Positions 8,366 to 18,885 of a stretch of DNA of 64,000 nt are shown here, one piece after another; the stretch's first letter is position 1, and the number at the start of each line of letters is the position of its first letter. The DNA lies in contig CAWJZV010000034.1 of NCBI GenBank assembly GCA_963847445.1, positions 1-64,000 on the forward strand, given 5' to 3'. The notes beneath the pieces are model-generated. The model worked only from the letters and a program-made list of their open reading frames with translations, was not told the origin of the DNA and did no database searches. The stretch comes from an uncultured delta proteobacterium (GTDB taxonomy: Bacteria; Desulfobacterota; Binatia; UBA9968). Position numbers and translations under genes: made by a program.

Positions 8366-8427
8366 CGTCCTACTCTAGCTCAGAAATGATAGCGCTTCGC
8401 TCATTCCACAACCATTGGAGTGCGGGT

Positions 8428-9431
8428 GTGAGAGAGTTATGGGCGTGTATTCGGAGCTTTCTCATTGCCAGCTATGCGTTCATCGCCTTATTCTTGACCG
8501 CCGCGGAAGCGTCCGCCGCCGATAAACTGCGCATTTCTTACGCCTCCGTCACCGGCAACACTGCTGGGATTACCTATATCGCCCAGCGCGCCGGGCTGTT
8601 CGAGAAACAGGGGCTCGACGTCGAGTTGATTCTTATCACCGGCGGGCCGGCGTCGATCAGTGCGCTGCTCAATAACGACGTCGACCTGGACATGCGCGCG
8701 CCGGTGGCGGCGCTGCAGGCGATGGCTCATGGGGTCAAGCTGACTTTCCTGCTTTCCCAATCCAATACCCTCGAATACGACGTGGTGACGCGGCCCGAGA
8801 TCAAAGACATCAAGCAGCTTAAAGGCAAAAAGGTCGGCATCATCCGCTTCGGCGGGATTTCAGCGAACTGATGGTGCAAGTCTACCTGTGTTCAAAAGCT
8901 GGGATTGGACGCGGACAAAGACATCGCCATCGTCCAGGTCGGCCAGGCCCGCTTCGTCGGCAATGGAAAAGGGCGTCATCGACGCGACGGTTTTTGCCTC
9001 CGCGGAATCCGCCTTTGCCAAACGCAGCGGGTTTCGCGTGCTCGATATGCGCGACTCTGCACGTTTTTCGGCAGACAGCCATCGTCACCGCGCCCGCCAT
9101 CGCGGGAAGAAGCTGAGTGATGCAGCGATCAATGCGCGGCTATCTCGAAGGCGGTGCGACTTCTTCCTGAGCGAAACAGAGCGAGCAGCCAATATTTCGC
9201 ACGATCTGTTGCGCACCAAAGACCGCGATATGATCGATCTCGCGTACAAGAACCACCCGCAGCATCAGATGGGCCGAAAGCCCTATCCCGATATGAACGC
9301 GGTCAAAGCGACCCTCGATATTATGGGTGCTGCGCGAACCGGCGTGAGAAACTTGAAGCGAGGAGCTATTCAACCTGACGTTCTTGCGCCAGCTCGACCA
9401 GAGCGGCTTTATCGATCAGTTGTACAAATGA
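8428..9431 (+). CDS. ABC substrate-binding protein, NMT1/TauA family (multiple indels)
   Basis: AADKLRISYAS, GLFEKQGLDVELI, LKGKKVGIIRFGG and KPYPD; C-terminus SGFIDQLYK with stop at 9429-9431. Confidence 0.8.
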
Positions 9432-9450
9432 TTGTCGGATTACTGAAGCG

Positions 9451-9490
9451 GTTCAAGCCGTTCAAACCGTTCCAGTCGTTCAAACCGTTT
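9451..9490. repeat. 9-mer tandem repeat (GTTCAARCC)n
   Basis: gttcaagcc gttcaaacc gttccagtc gttcaaacc gttt. Confidence 0.75.
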
Positions 9491-9502
9491 AGGAGTCGTC
9501 CT

Positions 9503-11179
9503 ATGTGGCAATGGTTGATGTTTGGGGCTGTGCTTTTGATTGGCGTTCGGACCGACTTGGTTGCGCAGACGCGGCCGGTCGCCGTTGTCGGCGGGATATT
9601 GATCGACGGCACCGGGCGGCCGGCGGTGGAGGACGCCGTCGTTGTCTTCTCCGGCGGGCGCATTCAAGAGGTCGGCAAGCGCGGCGAGGTGACGATTCCG
9701 CGCGGCGCGCAGGTGATCGACGCCAAGGGCAAAACGATTTTGCCGGGGCTGATCGACGGCCACTGCCACTATTGGGAGTGGCTCGGCGAACTTTATCTCG
9801 CCTACGGCGTGACCACCTGCCCCGATATCAATAATAGCCCGACGGAATGGATCATCGCGCAGAAGGACGGCATTCAAAAAGGCAAGATTCGCGGTCCGCG
9901 GCTGTGGATCTCCGGCCATGCGCTCGATGGGCCGCGGCCGCAGGGGATGCCGGAGCAGCGCTGGCAGCGCGGCAGTATCATCGTGCGCACCGACGAAGAA
10001 GCGCGCGCGGCGGTGCGCGCCCATGTCGAGAAGGGCATGGACGGTTTCAAAGTTCTCGAACGGGTGTCACCGGAAGTCGCCAAGGCGATCGCCGACGAGG
10101 CGCGCAAGTTGGGCAAGCCGGTGATCGGCCACTCGGTCAATATGTGGGAGACCATCGACGCCGGCTACACGTCCATCGAACATACCTGGGCGGTGATGTT
10201 CACGACCATCAAGGACCCGAAGAAGCGCGCCGAAATCGACATGAACCGCATGGTCGGCAAGGTCGGCACGGTGGAGGCCCATGTCAACATGGTGCCGGAG
10301 CAGTTCGACGAGATCATCAAAGCGATGATCGCCAAGGACATTCACTGGAGCCCGGCCTGGGCGACGCAGTTTCGCGCGCTGTCGCCGCGCGCGGCGGAGA
10401 TGAAGAAACGCGAGTTGGCGACGCTGAAGATTCCCAATCTGAGTCCTATTTGCCGGCTTACAATCTGGAAGCCGTGGAGGACTACTTCGCCGGCTTCGAA
10501 AAGATGACGCCGGAAAGACGCGCGCCGCTGGACGCGGCTTACAAAATGGTCCAGGACTTTGCCCGCCGTTACGTCGCCGCCGGCGGCAAGATGCATTCCG
10601 GGTCGGATCCGGGCACGCTCTTGCCGGCATATGGCCTGCACGCCGAGCTTGAACTCGCCATCGACGCCGGCTTGAGTCCGCTGGTGGCGATCCAATCGGC
10701 GAGTCTTAACGTCGCCCAAGCCTGGGGCAAAGACAAAGACTTTGGCAGCGTCGAGAAAGGCAAAGTCGCCGACTTGGTGATCGTGCGCGGCGACGTGATG
10801 AAAGATATCTCGGCGACCCAGAATATTGAAAAAGTATTCAGCGACGGCAAAGCGGTGGACACGTCGTTCCATCGCCAATTATCGCAATCCGATTCCGCGG
10901 CCGATGTCGGATCGTTTTATCACCAGTTTATCGCAAGTTTCCCCCGCGGCGTTGACTGAGGGCGCGGCCGGCCAGGTGAAGTTAGCCGGCGCCAACTTCC
11001 GCCCGTCGCATCAGGTGCTGGTGAACGGCAAAAAAGCCGCGAGCAAATTCGTCAACGGCAGGGAGTTGGAAGTTCAGGTGCCGGCGCTGGCGGCGGGCAC
11101 GCATAAAATTACCGTGATCGATCCGGGCGTTGCCGCTTCGGAGTCCAACGCCGTCTATCTGGTGGTTTCATTCAAGTAG
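9503..11179 (+). CDS. Exported amidohydrolase-family protein with a C-terminal IPT/TIG-like domain (indels near 10445 and 10875)
   Basis: Signal peptide, LIDGTG, DAKGKTILPGLIDGHCH, GSDP and GSVEKGKVADLVIV; tail ITSLSQVSP..L.....VKLAGANF.....VLVNG. Confidence 0.85.
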
Positions 11180-11187
11180 CAGAAAAT

Positions 11188-11355
11188 TAGGTCGTTCAGC
11201 TTTCGCTATGACTCAAGGATCGGAGATTGCACCGCAGAGACGCTGAGGACGCGACACGCAAGTCGGATCCTGCATAAAGTATTCGCTCGCTGAACGTCTA
11301 ACGGCACCTCTGGCCGCCGCGGTAAATACTTCTTCACATCAAACCCGGAGGAAAC
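11188..11355. repeat. MITE/REP-like element, copy of the 2886-3045 family
   Basis: Shares (c)ggaRaTTGCACCGC.GAG.CG..GAGGACGCG and the downstream ...GGTRAATA.TTCT.CAC...AAACC.GGA.G. Confidence 0.6.
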
Positions 11356-11363
11356 AATCACTT

Positions 11364-12805
11364 ATGACTATGACTGGCTCTTTGTTTCGCTGCTCATTGC
11401 TGGTGCTGAGCCTGCTATTCTCTGCCTGTTCCATGGTCGGCTCGAGCCGGTCGATCGTCATTCAAGGCGCCACGTTGATCGACGGCACGGGGCGCGCGGC
11501 GATCGCCGATTCGGTCGTCGTGATTCGCGATGGCAAGTTCGCGGCGGTCGGCAAGCGCGGCGAGGTGGCGATTCCGCAAGGCGCCGAAGCTGATCGACGC
11601 CAAGGGCAAAACGCTTCTGCCAGGCTTGATCGACGGCCATTGCCACTACCGCGATTGGATGGGCGAACTTTATCTCGCCTACGGCGTGGTCACCTGCCCG
11701 AATATCTCGAATAATCCGGTGGAATGGATCACGGCGCAGCGCGAGGGCGTGAAGAACGGCAGCGATACGCGGGCCGCGGGTGTGGGCGTCGGCCAACATC
11801 ATCGACGGGCCGCCGCCGGGCGGCACCGGTATGCTCCGGCGCCAGCGCACCAGCATCATCGTCGACAGCGAAGAAGAGGCGCGCAAAGCGGTGCGCGATT
11901 TGGTCGCTCAGGGCGTCGACGGCATCAAGCTATTCGAGCGGCTCAAACCGCATGTCGCCAAGGCGGCGGCGGACGAGGCGCATAGGCTCGGCCGGCCGGT
12001 GTTCGGCCACTCTCTCGATATTTTCACCGCGGCGGCCAACGGCTATCAGTCGGTGGAGCATTCCTGGTCGGTGGTCTATACGTCGATTCAAGATCCGAAA
12101 AAGAAAAACGATCTCGATATCGGCCGCATGCTCGGCAAAATCGACACCGCCGAAGTGCACGCGCACATGGAACCGGCGATGTTCGACAAGATCATCAAGG
12201 TGATGATCGACAAAAACGTTCACTGGAGCACCACCTGGGCGACTTGGTTTCGGCCGCTGTCGAGCTATGCGGAGAGCATGAAGAAGCGCGAGTTGACGTT
12301 GCTGAGAAATCCGCAGCTGAAATATTTGCCGCCGTACATTCTCAAAGACACCGAAAGCTTCTTCGCCAAGTACGAAAAGATGGCGCCGGCAAAGCGCCAG
12401 GAAGTGGTGGGCGGCTTCAAGATGCTGCAGGAGTTCGTGCGCAGGTTCGTCGCCGCCGGCGGCAAGATCCACTCCGGCTCCGATCCCAATCACGTCGTGC
12501 CCGGTTACGCGCTGCATGCCGAGCTGGAGATGTTCGTCGAAGCCGGACTGACGCCGGTGCAAGCGATTCGCACCGCGGCGCTCAATGTCGCCGAGGCGTG
12601 GGGCAAGCAGAAAGATTTTGGCAGCGTCGAAACGCGGCAAGGTGGCGGATCTGATTCATTGTCGGCGGCGATCCGCTGAAGAATATTTCGGACACGCAAA
12701 ATGTTCAGATGGTATTCAGCGAAGGCAAGCAGGTCGATACTTCGTTTCACGCGGATTATAAGAATCCGAATGCCGCGGCCCATCGAAGACCGGCCGGAGC
12801 CATGA
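11364..12805 (+). CDS. Amidohydrolase-family lipoprotein, paralog of the upstream gene (several indels)
   Basis: Lipobox-like LLFSAC, LPGLIDGHCHY and GSDPNH; ends RPIEDRPEP with stop at 12803-12805. Confidence 0.85.
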
Positions 12806-12829
12806 AGTGAGTAGTGAATGGGATTTTTC

Positions 12830-13246
12830 AGATTCTTGGGTGAACGATGTGCGACGTTCAGTTGGGATGTGCACCACGAAGACGCGAAGATCACGAAGTT
12901 CGGAATTTTGATCTCCGAAACCTTCGCGCGTTCGTGCTTGAAACACCTGTGACGGTAAGCCAGGAGCCTTGAATGAAGACCAGCGACGGAGTCCAAGCTT
13001 TGGGCGCTTTTCTGATTCGCCGTCGCGGGATGCTGAATCGAAGGCTGCAAATGCCACCATCTGTCATCCGCGAGCGCAGCGAGGGATCTCGTGTTACGCA
13101 GCCACGGTACGAAGAAGAGATTGCTCAGCTCGCGTCGGAATCACAGGTTGCGCCAAAGTCTCCAGAGCAGGGAGAGGATGAAGGTGAGGGTGGTTAATCT
13201 TCGAAGAGCCCTCACCCTGCCCTCTCCCACTTTGTGGGCGAGGGGA
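12830..13246. repeat. Cluster of several REP-like palindromes
   Basis: CACCACGAAG-type (about 12873), GTCATCC.GAGCGCAGCGAGGGATCTC-type (about 13062), and GGGAGAGG..G.GGTGAGGG / CCCTCACCC.GCCCTCTCCC-type (about 13168-13246). Confidence 0.65.
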
Positions 13247-14264
13247 TCGGATTATGCGGGCGAGCCTTGATCGGTGCACAGTTGCTGCTTGTTGCGTTTA
13301 CAGTTCCTGCCGTGATTGCCGCGGAGCTGCGAACTGTCACTGTGCTTTCCTATCCGGACCGGCCGGCGAAGTTGCCGTTGTGGCTGGCGCAGGACGCGGG
13401 GATTTTCAAGAAGTACGGACTCAACGTTGAAATCAAAACGCCCAACTCGGGCGAGGCGATCGCTGACGGCGCGCGCAATAATGCCGCGGATATTTATGTC
13501 GCCACCGCCAACTGGATGGTGTCGGCCATCGGCGACGGGGCGGATTTGGTGTTCTTCGCCAATACCGGTTACAGCGTGCTCAAGCTGTTAGCGCAGCCAT
13601 CGATCACTCGGCCCGAGCAACTACGCGGCAAGCGGGTCGGCACCGGCGAAGCGGGCAGCTCGCAGGACCGGATTACGCGCGAGACCTTGCGCCGTCTCGG
13701 TCTCGATGCCGACAAAGACGTTACGCTGGTGCCGTTCGGCAGCCGGAGCGTTCTGCGGCTCAACGCGCTGGTCAAAGGCGAGATCGATGCGACCACCAGC
13801 AACGAAGACAATATCTTCGACCTGGAACGGCGCGGCGAGATCGACAAGGTTCGCGTGCTCGCCGACAACGACAGTCTTGAAACTGTTCATCGGCGCCGGT
13901 GTCGACTTCGCGGTCACGCGTAAGTCTGCTGGTTAGCTCGCGCGACACGGTGAAGAAATTCGTCCAGGCGCTCAGCGAAGCGATCGCGCTGGCGCGGCGC
14001 GACCGCGCGGCGGCGAATGGCATTTACACCCGTTATTTGAAAGTGAGCGACTCGGGGTTGCTCGAATTCATGTACCGGACCTATGTCCAGCACGCGATCC
14101 CCGAAAAGCCTTACCCGAAGTTGGATAACGTCGCGCTGGGTATCGCGGAGTTCGCAGCCAAGCCGGGCCTTAAAGGAAAATCAGCCGAAACGCTGACCGA
14201 CTCGACCCTGGTGCGCGAACTCGAGCAGGAAGGTTTTTTTACCGGGCTCTATCCGCCACGTTGA
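13234..14264 (+). CDS. ABC substrate-binding protein, NMT1/TauA family (indels near 13880-13925; start uncertain)
   Basis: LWLAQDAGIFKKYGLNVE, QLRGKRVG, KPYP and ELEQEGFF. Confidence 0.8.
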
Positions 14265-14289
14265 GCTGGCGGTGCGATTTTACTTGGCG

Positions 14290-14752
14290 ATGATTCGAAT
14301 CATTAGAATTTCAGCTTGGCTCGCCGCCGGTTTGCTGTTAATGCTCGGTGCCGCGTGGACATTCGCGCAAGCACAGGTGGCGCCGACGGGCGACGTTCAA
14401 GTGTTCAGGAACGCGCTGGAGACCGTGTTCGTGTTTCCCAGGGTCGGACCGGTGGACAAGAAGGGTGAGTTGGTCGCCGCGGCGGATTTGACCGGGCAAG
14501 TAAGACAAGCGCTGGTGAACCTGCGGCTGATGGCATCGAGAGTAGGCGTCGCGCCGGCCCATTTCGTGACGTTGACTCTCGTATGGCGCCGATAGCTCGT
14601 TGCGCGAAGTGTTGGAAAAAAGCGCCCGCGAGGCGTTCAGCGATTGGGGCCCGGCGACCGCCTTCGTCGAAGCGAAAAACTTGCGTCCGGCGGGCGCCTT
14701 GGTGGAAGTTGAAGCGGTTGCCGTTGTCAGAGGATTGAAACCAGGGAAGTGA
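14290..14752 (+). CDS. RidA/YjgF-family protein with an N-terminal signal peptide (indel near 14585)
   Basis: GELV...DLTGQVRQALVNL, then PAT.FVEAKNL...GALVEVEAVAV in the shifted frame. Confidence 0.7.
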
Positions 14753-14766
14753 CCAAGGAGGATCCC

Positions 14767-15680
14767 ATGAAGACCGTTCGCTTCGGGCCGCTGTTCACGA
14801 TGCTCGTGTTGGTTCTATTAACCAGTCTGGCACAGGCCCAGGATCTCGGTCCAAACATCCGCAAGATCTCGGACGGGATCTACGTCTACGTCGGCACCAA
14901 TTTCAATTCCAATTGCGGCATCGTCATTACCCAAGATGGCGTGGTGTTGATCGATAGCGGGCACAATCCGACAGATTCGATCGCGATTCTTGCAGCCGTG
15001 AAGAAACTCACGCCGCTGCCAATTCGCTACCTGATCGACACCGAGCCCCATGGCGATCACACGACCGGCCATTTTGTTTTCTCGCCGCCGGCGATGATCG
15101 TGGCGCATGAAGGAGCGACGGAATCGATGAAGGCGAGCTTGCAATCCGAAGCGAAATGAAAAACTCATGGCCGAGTCGCCGGAGATGCGCGCGGCCTTCG
15201 ACGGGTTTCGTTTGGTTGTGCCGCAGATCGAGTACCGCGCAAAAGATGACGCTCAACGTCGGCGAGCGGACTTTCGAGCTGTTCCACCAGAAAAATGTTC
15301 ACAGCGAAGCCGACACGGCGGTGTGGCTGCCGAAGGAGCGCGTGCTTTTCTCGGCCTCGGGCATCGTCGTCAATCAGATCAATATTTTTCGTCCTTTCGT
15401 GACCATTCCCGACATCTTGGCGGCGGCCAAAATGATGAAAGCGTTGAATCCCGAGCATGTGATTCCCGGCCACGGCAACCCCGGCACGGTGAAAATTTTC
15501 GACGACACGGAGAAATATTACGCGCTCTTGCTGGAGCGCGTCGGCAAGCTGATGAAAGCCGGCAAGTCGCTGGACGAGATTCAGAAGGAAGTGAAGATGC
15601 CGGAATACGATCACTGGGCGAGCAAGGAGCGCTTTCCAACCAATGTCGAGGCGGCGTATAGAGCGTTGCAGACTAAGTGA
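14767..15680 (+). CDS. Exported metallo-beta-lactamase-fold hydrolase (cyclase-like; indels at 15140-15245)
   Basis: NCGIVITQDGVVLIDSG, TEPHGDHTTG, HSEADT.VWLP.ERVLF and VIPGHG. Confidence 0.85.
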
Positions 15681-15937
15681 TCCGTTGCCCCGGATGATAT
15701 TGATTGGCGAACATGTTCCGAGTCTCCCCTTTGGCAAAGGGGAACCATAGGGGGGGGGTGTAAGGTCTTCGTGTACACCGGGGACGAGATTTATTCACAT
15801 TCGACCTATCTAATTTAAGGGGCTTTATTGCCCTCTTTCCATAACTGCAAAAGCGAATCAGGTTAGTTCTCACCAGTCGAATTCGTTTTCTGGGTTATTC
15901 AATGCAACTATTGAGCCTTTTCAGGATCTTTCATTAA

Positions 15938-15952
15938 TGGCGCACTCCTTGC
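15938..15952 (+). promoter_or_regulatory. Sigma-54 (-24/-12) promoter candidate
   Basis: TGGCGCACTCCTTGC matches TGGCAC-N5-TTGC with one mismatch, just upstream of 15971. Confidence 0.5.
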
Positions 15953-15970
15953 CTTGTCATTGGCCAAGGT

Positions 15971-16180
15971 ATGAAAAAAATTGACCACCCCTCGCAACCC
16001 TTGCTTACCCTTGAGCAAGTTGCCGAATACCTCAACGTCAACAAATTCACCGTCTATCGGCTGCTGGCGCGAAAGGGTCTCCCAGCGTTTAAAGTCGGCA
16101 ACCAATGGCGATTTAAGCGAGAATTGATTGACGCTTGGCTGACGAAGAACGCGAGGAACCGCAGACCCATCGAACCATAG
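15971..16180 (+). CDS. Excisionase-like helix-turn-helix DNA-binding protein (HTH_17)
   Basis: LLTLEQVAEYLNV...TVYRL.....LPAFKVGNQWRF....IDAWL. Confidence 0.88.
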   Translation: MKKIDHPSQPLLTLEQVAEYLNVNKFTVYRLLARKGLPAFKVGNQWRFKRELIDAWLTKNARNRRPIEP

Positions 16181-16223
16181 GAGGAACTAGCTGAAAAATT
16201 AGTCGCAATTATTTTAATGCCAA

Positions 16224-16387
16224 CTAAGATCCCAATTCCGCTATGGGCCGGTGCTTCTGGCGTGGCTGGGATTCGGTCTCGGCACCCTCAACTGTCCGGC
16301 GTACTCGCTTGCCCGATATTATAGTAATCCACCAACCAGGATTGGCCCCGACTGATAGACTGTTCCCATGCCACGTTGCGTTTTCAT
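16224..16387 (-). pseudogene. N-terminal fragment of a tyrosine (phage) integrase
   Basis: GGAGG RBS. With two shifts it reads MKTQRGMGTVYQ/RGQSWLVDYY/ISGKRVRRTVEGAETESQ, resembling integrase arm-binding N-termini. It lies next to a tRNA. Confidence 0.6.
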
Positions 16388-16473
16388 TTTTCGTCCTCCA
16401 TTAATATATTATTGGTCACAAGACGGCCGCAGTTGAAGCTTTGGGTTCCAGGTGTTAGATAAGATTTCCTAGT

Positions 16474-16550
16474 GGTCGCATAGCTCAGTTGGTTAGAGCG
16501 CGCGCCTCACATGCGCGAGGTCGTAGGTTCAAGTCCTACTGCGACCACCA
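16474..16550 (+). tRNA. tRNA-Val(CAC)
   Basis: GGTCGCA/TGCGACC acceptor stem, TAGCTCAGTTGG D-arm, CGCGC-CTCACAT-GCGCG anticodon arm, GGTTCAAGTCC T-arm, encoded CCA. Confidence 0.97.
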
Positions 16551-16682
16551 TTTCAAACCGTCAGCGTGTCAGCTTCGACTGCGAGTAGAGTTGCTCGCGC
16601 GAAAAGTTGGGGCCTGACGACGAGCCGGTCTAGCGAATCGCGAAGGCGCCTAACCCCAGCCAATTCCCTCATCGATTCACCT

Positions 16683-17906
16683 ATGGCAGCGACCAAACGG
16701 CCGATGAAGCTCTCGCTCGCAGATCTCCCTCATGTCGGTCGCGGCACTCCTGTCGGCGCATGGTTCCGGCGTCATTGGCTGGTGGTGGGCACGACACGCG
16801 AGCTGCGCGACATTCCTCAAGCCGTCAATGTGCTCGGCGAAGAGCTGGTGCTGTTTCGCGACGATACTGGCGGCATCGGTTTGCTCGGCTTAAATTGCCC
16901 GCATCGCGGTGCGTCGCTGGAATATGGCGACATCGAAGACGGCGGGATTCGCTGTCCCTACCATGGTTGGCTGTTCGACGTCGGCGGTCGCTGTTTGGCC
17001 ATGCCGACTGAACCAGTGGAACGCGGCTTTACCCAGAAGGTGCGCCATTTGTCCTATCCGGTTCGGGAGCAGGGCGGTTTGCTCTTCGCCTATCTCGGCG
17101 CAGAATCAGAAAGTCCGCCGCCATTGCCGCAGTACTTGCCGCTCGTCAGCGAGGAGGGGCAGCGCTCCCTCGAAGCGACGCGTCTGTACAGTTACAACTG
17201 GTTCAACTTCATCGAGAACGGCGCCGATCCGGCGCATTTTTCGATCCTGCACCGCGCCGACCCGAACGACGGCACCTGGCGCAGTTGGTTTTTCAACTTT
17301 CGCGACATTCCGCCGTTCGATGCCGTCGAGATGCCTTACGGCATGAAGGTGATCTCACGCAAACCGGGACCGACACCGGATTGTGAATATGTCGACGAGA
17401 AAAGCTTCGCGCTGCCGGCGATTTTGCAGATCGGCGACACCGAGTTCACCCATTTCAAAGCAACCCACGAAGCGCTCGCCGCCGGTTCGCATAACGCGCA
17501 CCTGATGTTCGTGACGCCCAACGACGACAGCAGTTTTACCTTGTACACGGTGAACCATTACACCGGTCCCGATCACGAGTTTTTCGACAAGCTGGCGCCC
17601 AGTCGCAAAGTTGAAGCTCAAGCGGAGCAGCGGCCCGTCTACGACCGGCGCAAGTTCGCGCCGTTCCGCGGCAGCGTGCGCACTGAAGACATCGCCTGTC
17701 AGTCGACGCAAAAAGTTTTGGGCGAGCGGCGCGAGCAATTGGCGGCGTCGGATCGCGGCGTGATTATGTTGCGCAAGTTAATTCTTAACGATATTGAATC
17801 GGTGCGCAGCGGCAAACCGCCGCGCGCCCTGGCGCACGCTCAAGAGCAGGATGGAGCCGTGAGGATAGATTCCTACACCGGCCTGCGCAGAAAAGGGATG
17901 AGCTAA
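16683..17906 (+). CDS. Rieske non-heme iron oxygenase alpha subunit (phthalate 4,5-dioxygenase/LigX-like)
   Basis: CPHRG...CPYHGW Rieske motif, ENGADPAHFSILH iron motif, SDRGVIMLR. Confidence 0.92.
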   Translation: MAATKRPMKLSLADLPHVGRGTPVGAWFRRHWLVVGTTRELRDIPQAVNVLGEELVLFRDDTGGIGLLGLNCPHRGASLEYGDIEDGGIRCPYHGWLFDVGGRCLAMPTEPVERGFTQKVRHLSYPVREQGGLLFAYLGAESESPPPLPQYLPLVSEEGQRSLEATRLYSYNWFNFIENGADPAHFSILHRADPNDGTWRSWFFNFRDIPPFDAVEMPYGMKVISRKPGPTPDCEYVDEKSFALPAILQIGDTEFTHFKATHEALAAGSHNAHLMFVTPNDDSSFTLYTVNHYTGPDHEFFDKLAPSRKVEAQAEQRPVYDRRKFAPFRGSVRTEDIACQSTQKVLGERREQLAASDRGVIMLRKLILNDIESVRSGKPPRALAHAQEQDGAVRIDSYTGLRRKGMS

Positions 17907-17909
17907 ATC

Positions 17910-18881
17910 ATGTTGCAGATTGCTTCGTTCGCTTTTGCCGTGCTGATCGCCACGGTGGATTCGCTTGCCGCAGCGCCGCTGCGCATCGCCTACAGCGCCA
18001 TCAGCGGCGCCATGTCGACCTTGTGGGTGGCGCAGGAAGGCGGGTATTTTAAGCGCGAGGGATTGGACACGGAGCTGCTTTACATCGGCGGCGGAACGCT
18101 TTTAATCCAGTCGATGCTGAGCGGCGACGTGCCCTTTGCCTATGGCCCGTCGGTGCCGGTGATCAATGCAACGCTACGCGGTTCGGACTTGGTGCTGATC
18201 GGCAACACCGGCAATAGTTTGGTGTTTTCGATCATGTCGCGGCCGGAGTTCAAGCAGCCGGCGCAGTTGCGCGGCAAGAAAGTCGGCGTGACTCGCCTCG
18301 GCGGTTCCACCGATTGGGCTTTGGATGCGGCCCTCAAACAGTGGGGTATCGAGCGCAATCAGATCACCGTCATTCAAACCGGCGGCATGCCGGAAGGCTT
18401 GGCGGCTCTCACCGCTGGCGCCTTGGACGCCGTGGTGTTGTCGCCGCCGAGTAACTTTCGCGCCGCCAAAGCCGGCATGCATGAGTTGGAAGATGTCGGT
18501 CAGTTGAAAATCGTCTTCCCCAACACGCCGCTGTCGACGACGCGTTCTTACATGCGCGCCAACCGCGACACCAGCCTGCGCTTCATGCGCGGCTTCGCCC
18601 AGGGGTTGCAGCGGTTGCGCACGGACAAGGAGTTCAGCATGAAAGTCCTGTCCAAATACACCAAGGTCACCGACACGGAGACCCTGGCCCAGCTCCATCA
18701 AACTTTCGGTGTGCGCTACAGCGGCGACCGGATTCCCTATGTGCGGGCCGAAAGTATCGACGAGATTCTCCGGCGCACGCCCGGCAAGGAAGCGCGCGAA
18801 GCCAAAGCGGCGGACTTCATCGATAACGGATTGCTGCAAGAGTTGGAAAAGTCCGGCTGGTTCAAAGGGTTGGGACGGTGA
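17910..18881 (+). CDS. ABC substrate-binding protein, NMT1/TauA family
   Basis: LRIAYSAISG...LWVAQEGGYFKREGLD and LRGKKVGVTRLGGSTD. Confidence 0.92.
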   Translation: MLQIASFAFAVLIATVDSLAAAPLRIAYSAISGAMSTLWVAQEGGYFKREGLDTELLYIGGGTLLIQSMLSGDVPFAYGPSVPVINATLRGSDLVLIGNTGNSLVFSIMSRPEFKQPAQLRGKKVGVTRLGGSTDWALDAALKQWGIERNQITVIQTGGMPEGLAALTAGALDAVVLSPPSNFRAAKAGMHELEDVGQLKIVFPNTPLSTTRSYMRANRDTSLRFMRGFAQGLQRLRTDKEFSMKVLSKYTKVTDTETLAQLHQTFGVRYSGDRIPYVRAESIDEILRRTPGKEAREAKAADFIDNGLLQELEKSGWFKGLGR

Positions 18882-18885
18882 CTTG

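Noticed and set aside
8888-10507. 539-aa SBP-amidohydrolase fusion in the ORF track
   Set aside because: Artefact: the SBP ends at 9431 in another frame, the linker is a translated tandem repeat (FKPFKPFQSFKPF), and the amidohydrolase has its own AGGAG RBS and ATG at 9503.
15971-16550. Intact prophage or ICE at tRNA-Val
   Set aside because: Only an integrase stub and an HTH gene are present; no structural, replication or conjugation genes, and no second att copy seen.
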